In this document: in pieces, positions 62,871 through 64,000 of the stretch
Layout: every line of letters starts with the position of its first letter
Numbering within the stretch: position 1 is the first letter of the stretch
Assembly (NCBI GenBank): GCA_013265495.1
Contig: MU063601.1
Coordinates: 5,179,941 to 5,243,940 of the forward strand
Length of the DNA stretch: 64,000 nt
Direction: 5' to 3'
Origin: Vicugna vicugna
Lineage: Eukaryota
Notes under the pieces: generated by a model
Database searches by the model: none
The model's input: only the letters and a program-made list of their open reading frames with translations
Told to the model about the DNA's origin: nothing
Position numbers and translations under genes: made by a program

Positions 62871-64000
62871 CCCTCCCAATTCTAACAAAGGCAGAGCAAT
62901 ACCTGAAAAAGTTGAGTTTACATTTCTCATCAGCTAAAGGTATTGGGGGCTCAAGGTAAGAATTAAGTTGACTTTAGGAAAAAGGTGTTATTTCTTGCAC
63001 ACCTGAGTCTGTGTGCCATGACTCATCCTTGCCATAAGGACTGACCATCAAGGGGAAAAAGAAAGGGAAAAGACATGAGAAAATATCTTTTTCAAAAACC
63101 CAGAAGCAGGAAGGATATAGGACTTACGGCCCTTTCCCCGCATCTGAGAGTGATGCATCCACCTTTCTGAGTTTTGAGTCTAAGATTTCACAAAGCATGA
63201 AATTGAAAGACAGAAATCACCATCTCTGGACCCTCAGGCGCCCCCCAGCCTGTCCTCGTCCTGAACATTCAAGAGGACGCCCTGTGAATGAGGCCTCCCC
63301 CTGTGGGGGTGGACGGGGGGGCCGGCCTCTTGGTGGCAGGGCCCCCCGACCCTGGACAGACACACAGTGGGACTATCAGCCGAGGTGGCAGTCTTCCCCA
63401 CCTCAAACAAGTGCTAGTTCTTTTTCCATGAAAACAACTCAGTTCTAAATCACTGACGCCTGAAATTAGAAAAATACGCTGCCCATATTATCATAAAAGT
63501 ATTTTAACATGGTGGGGCCTTCTCAGGGGCAGGAGGGGTGGCCAAGAGCCCCACAGAAGCCCCTTCCTGTTGCAGCCCCTGGAAACGCTCAGGGGGACAA
63601 GAAATTTGGTTTTCATTAGCGGCCAATGTGAGTGGTTCTGTGGCTCTGAATGGACCTTTGATTCTGGCTGGCGGTGGAATCTTTCCAGGACCAGTGAGTT
63701 TTGTTTTGTTTTGTTTTTTTCATATAAAATGGGCTAGGCCCTTCTAACTTATATCTCCACGAACTACGCGGGAATTGGGAAACACCCCAACCTCTTGACT
63801 TCTAAAGTCAACAGCTGGGGCCTGCAGGAGAGGCACCCGAGACCATTTGGCTTTATTGACTCTGAGGTTTTATTAAAAATGTTATGTTTCATTGAGGTCT
63901 GCGCCAGACCCAACAAGAAGACTGGCCAGTGAGGGGCTTGACGGGCAGAGGGGATTTTCACCTCCTGGAAGGCAGCCCACCTTGACCTGCTTCCTCCCAC

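Overview
This is vertebrate (mammalian) genomic DNA, not prokaryotic. It carries the RUNX3 gene on the + strand. The proximal (P2) promoter and CpG island lie at about 28.0-29.5 kb. Five coding exons follow (visible part 29053-29139, then 30967-31123, 38730-38834, 49626-49784, 54547-55091), encoding the Runt domain and the C-terminal VWRPY motif, with a 3' UTR of about 2.3 kb. Bases 1 to about 28.4 kb are most likely intron 1 of the distal (P1) transcript; I did not find the P1 exon, which probably lies upstream of the window. The rest is ancient MIR, L2, L1M, MER and MLT repeats plus a few younger L1 3' fragments with target-site duplications. The L1 3' UTR type suggests a camelid or related cetartiodactyl (inference). 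Six N-runs are present, two of them inside RUNX3 coding sequence. Apart from the RUNX3 exon fragments, the six-frame ORFs look spurious. I found no convincing new biological system. The best leads are: a minimal uORF in the P2 leader, possible alternative polyadenylation that would remove a miRNA-site and stem-loop block, an orphan CpG island in intron 1, a twin-primed L1 with a nested L1, a CpG-rich ancient L1, and N-runs that appear length-exact. Comparisons with human sequence, miRBase and repeat consensus names are from memory and need database confirmation. Repeat boundaries are approximate unless TSDs are given.
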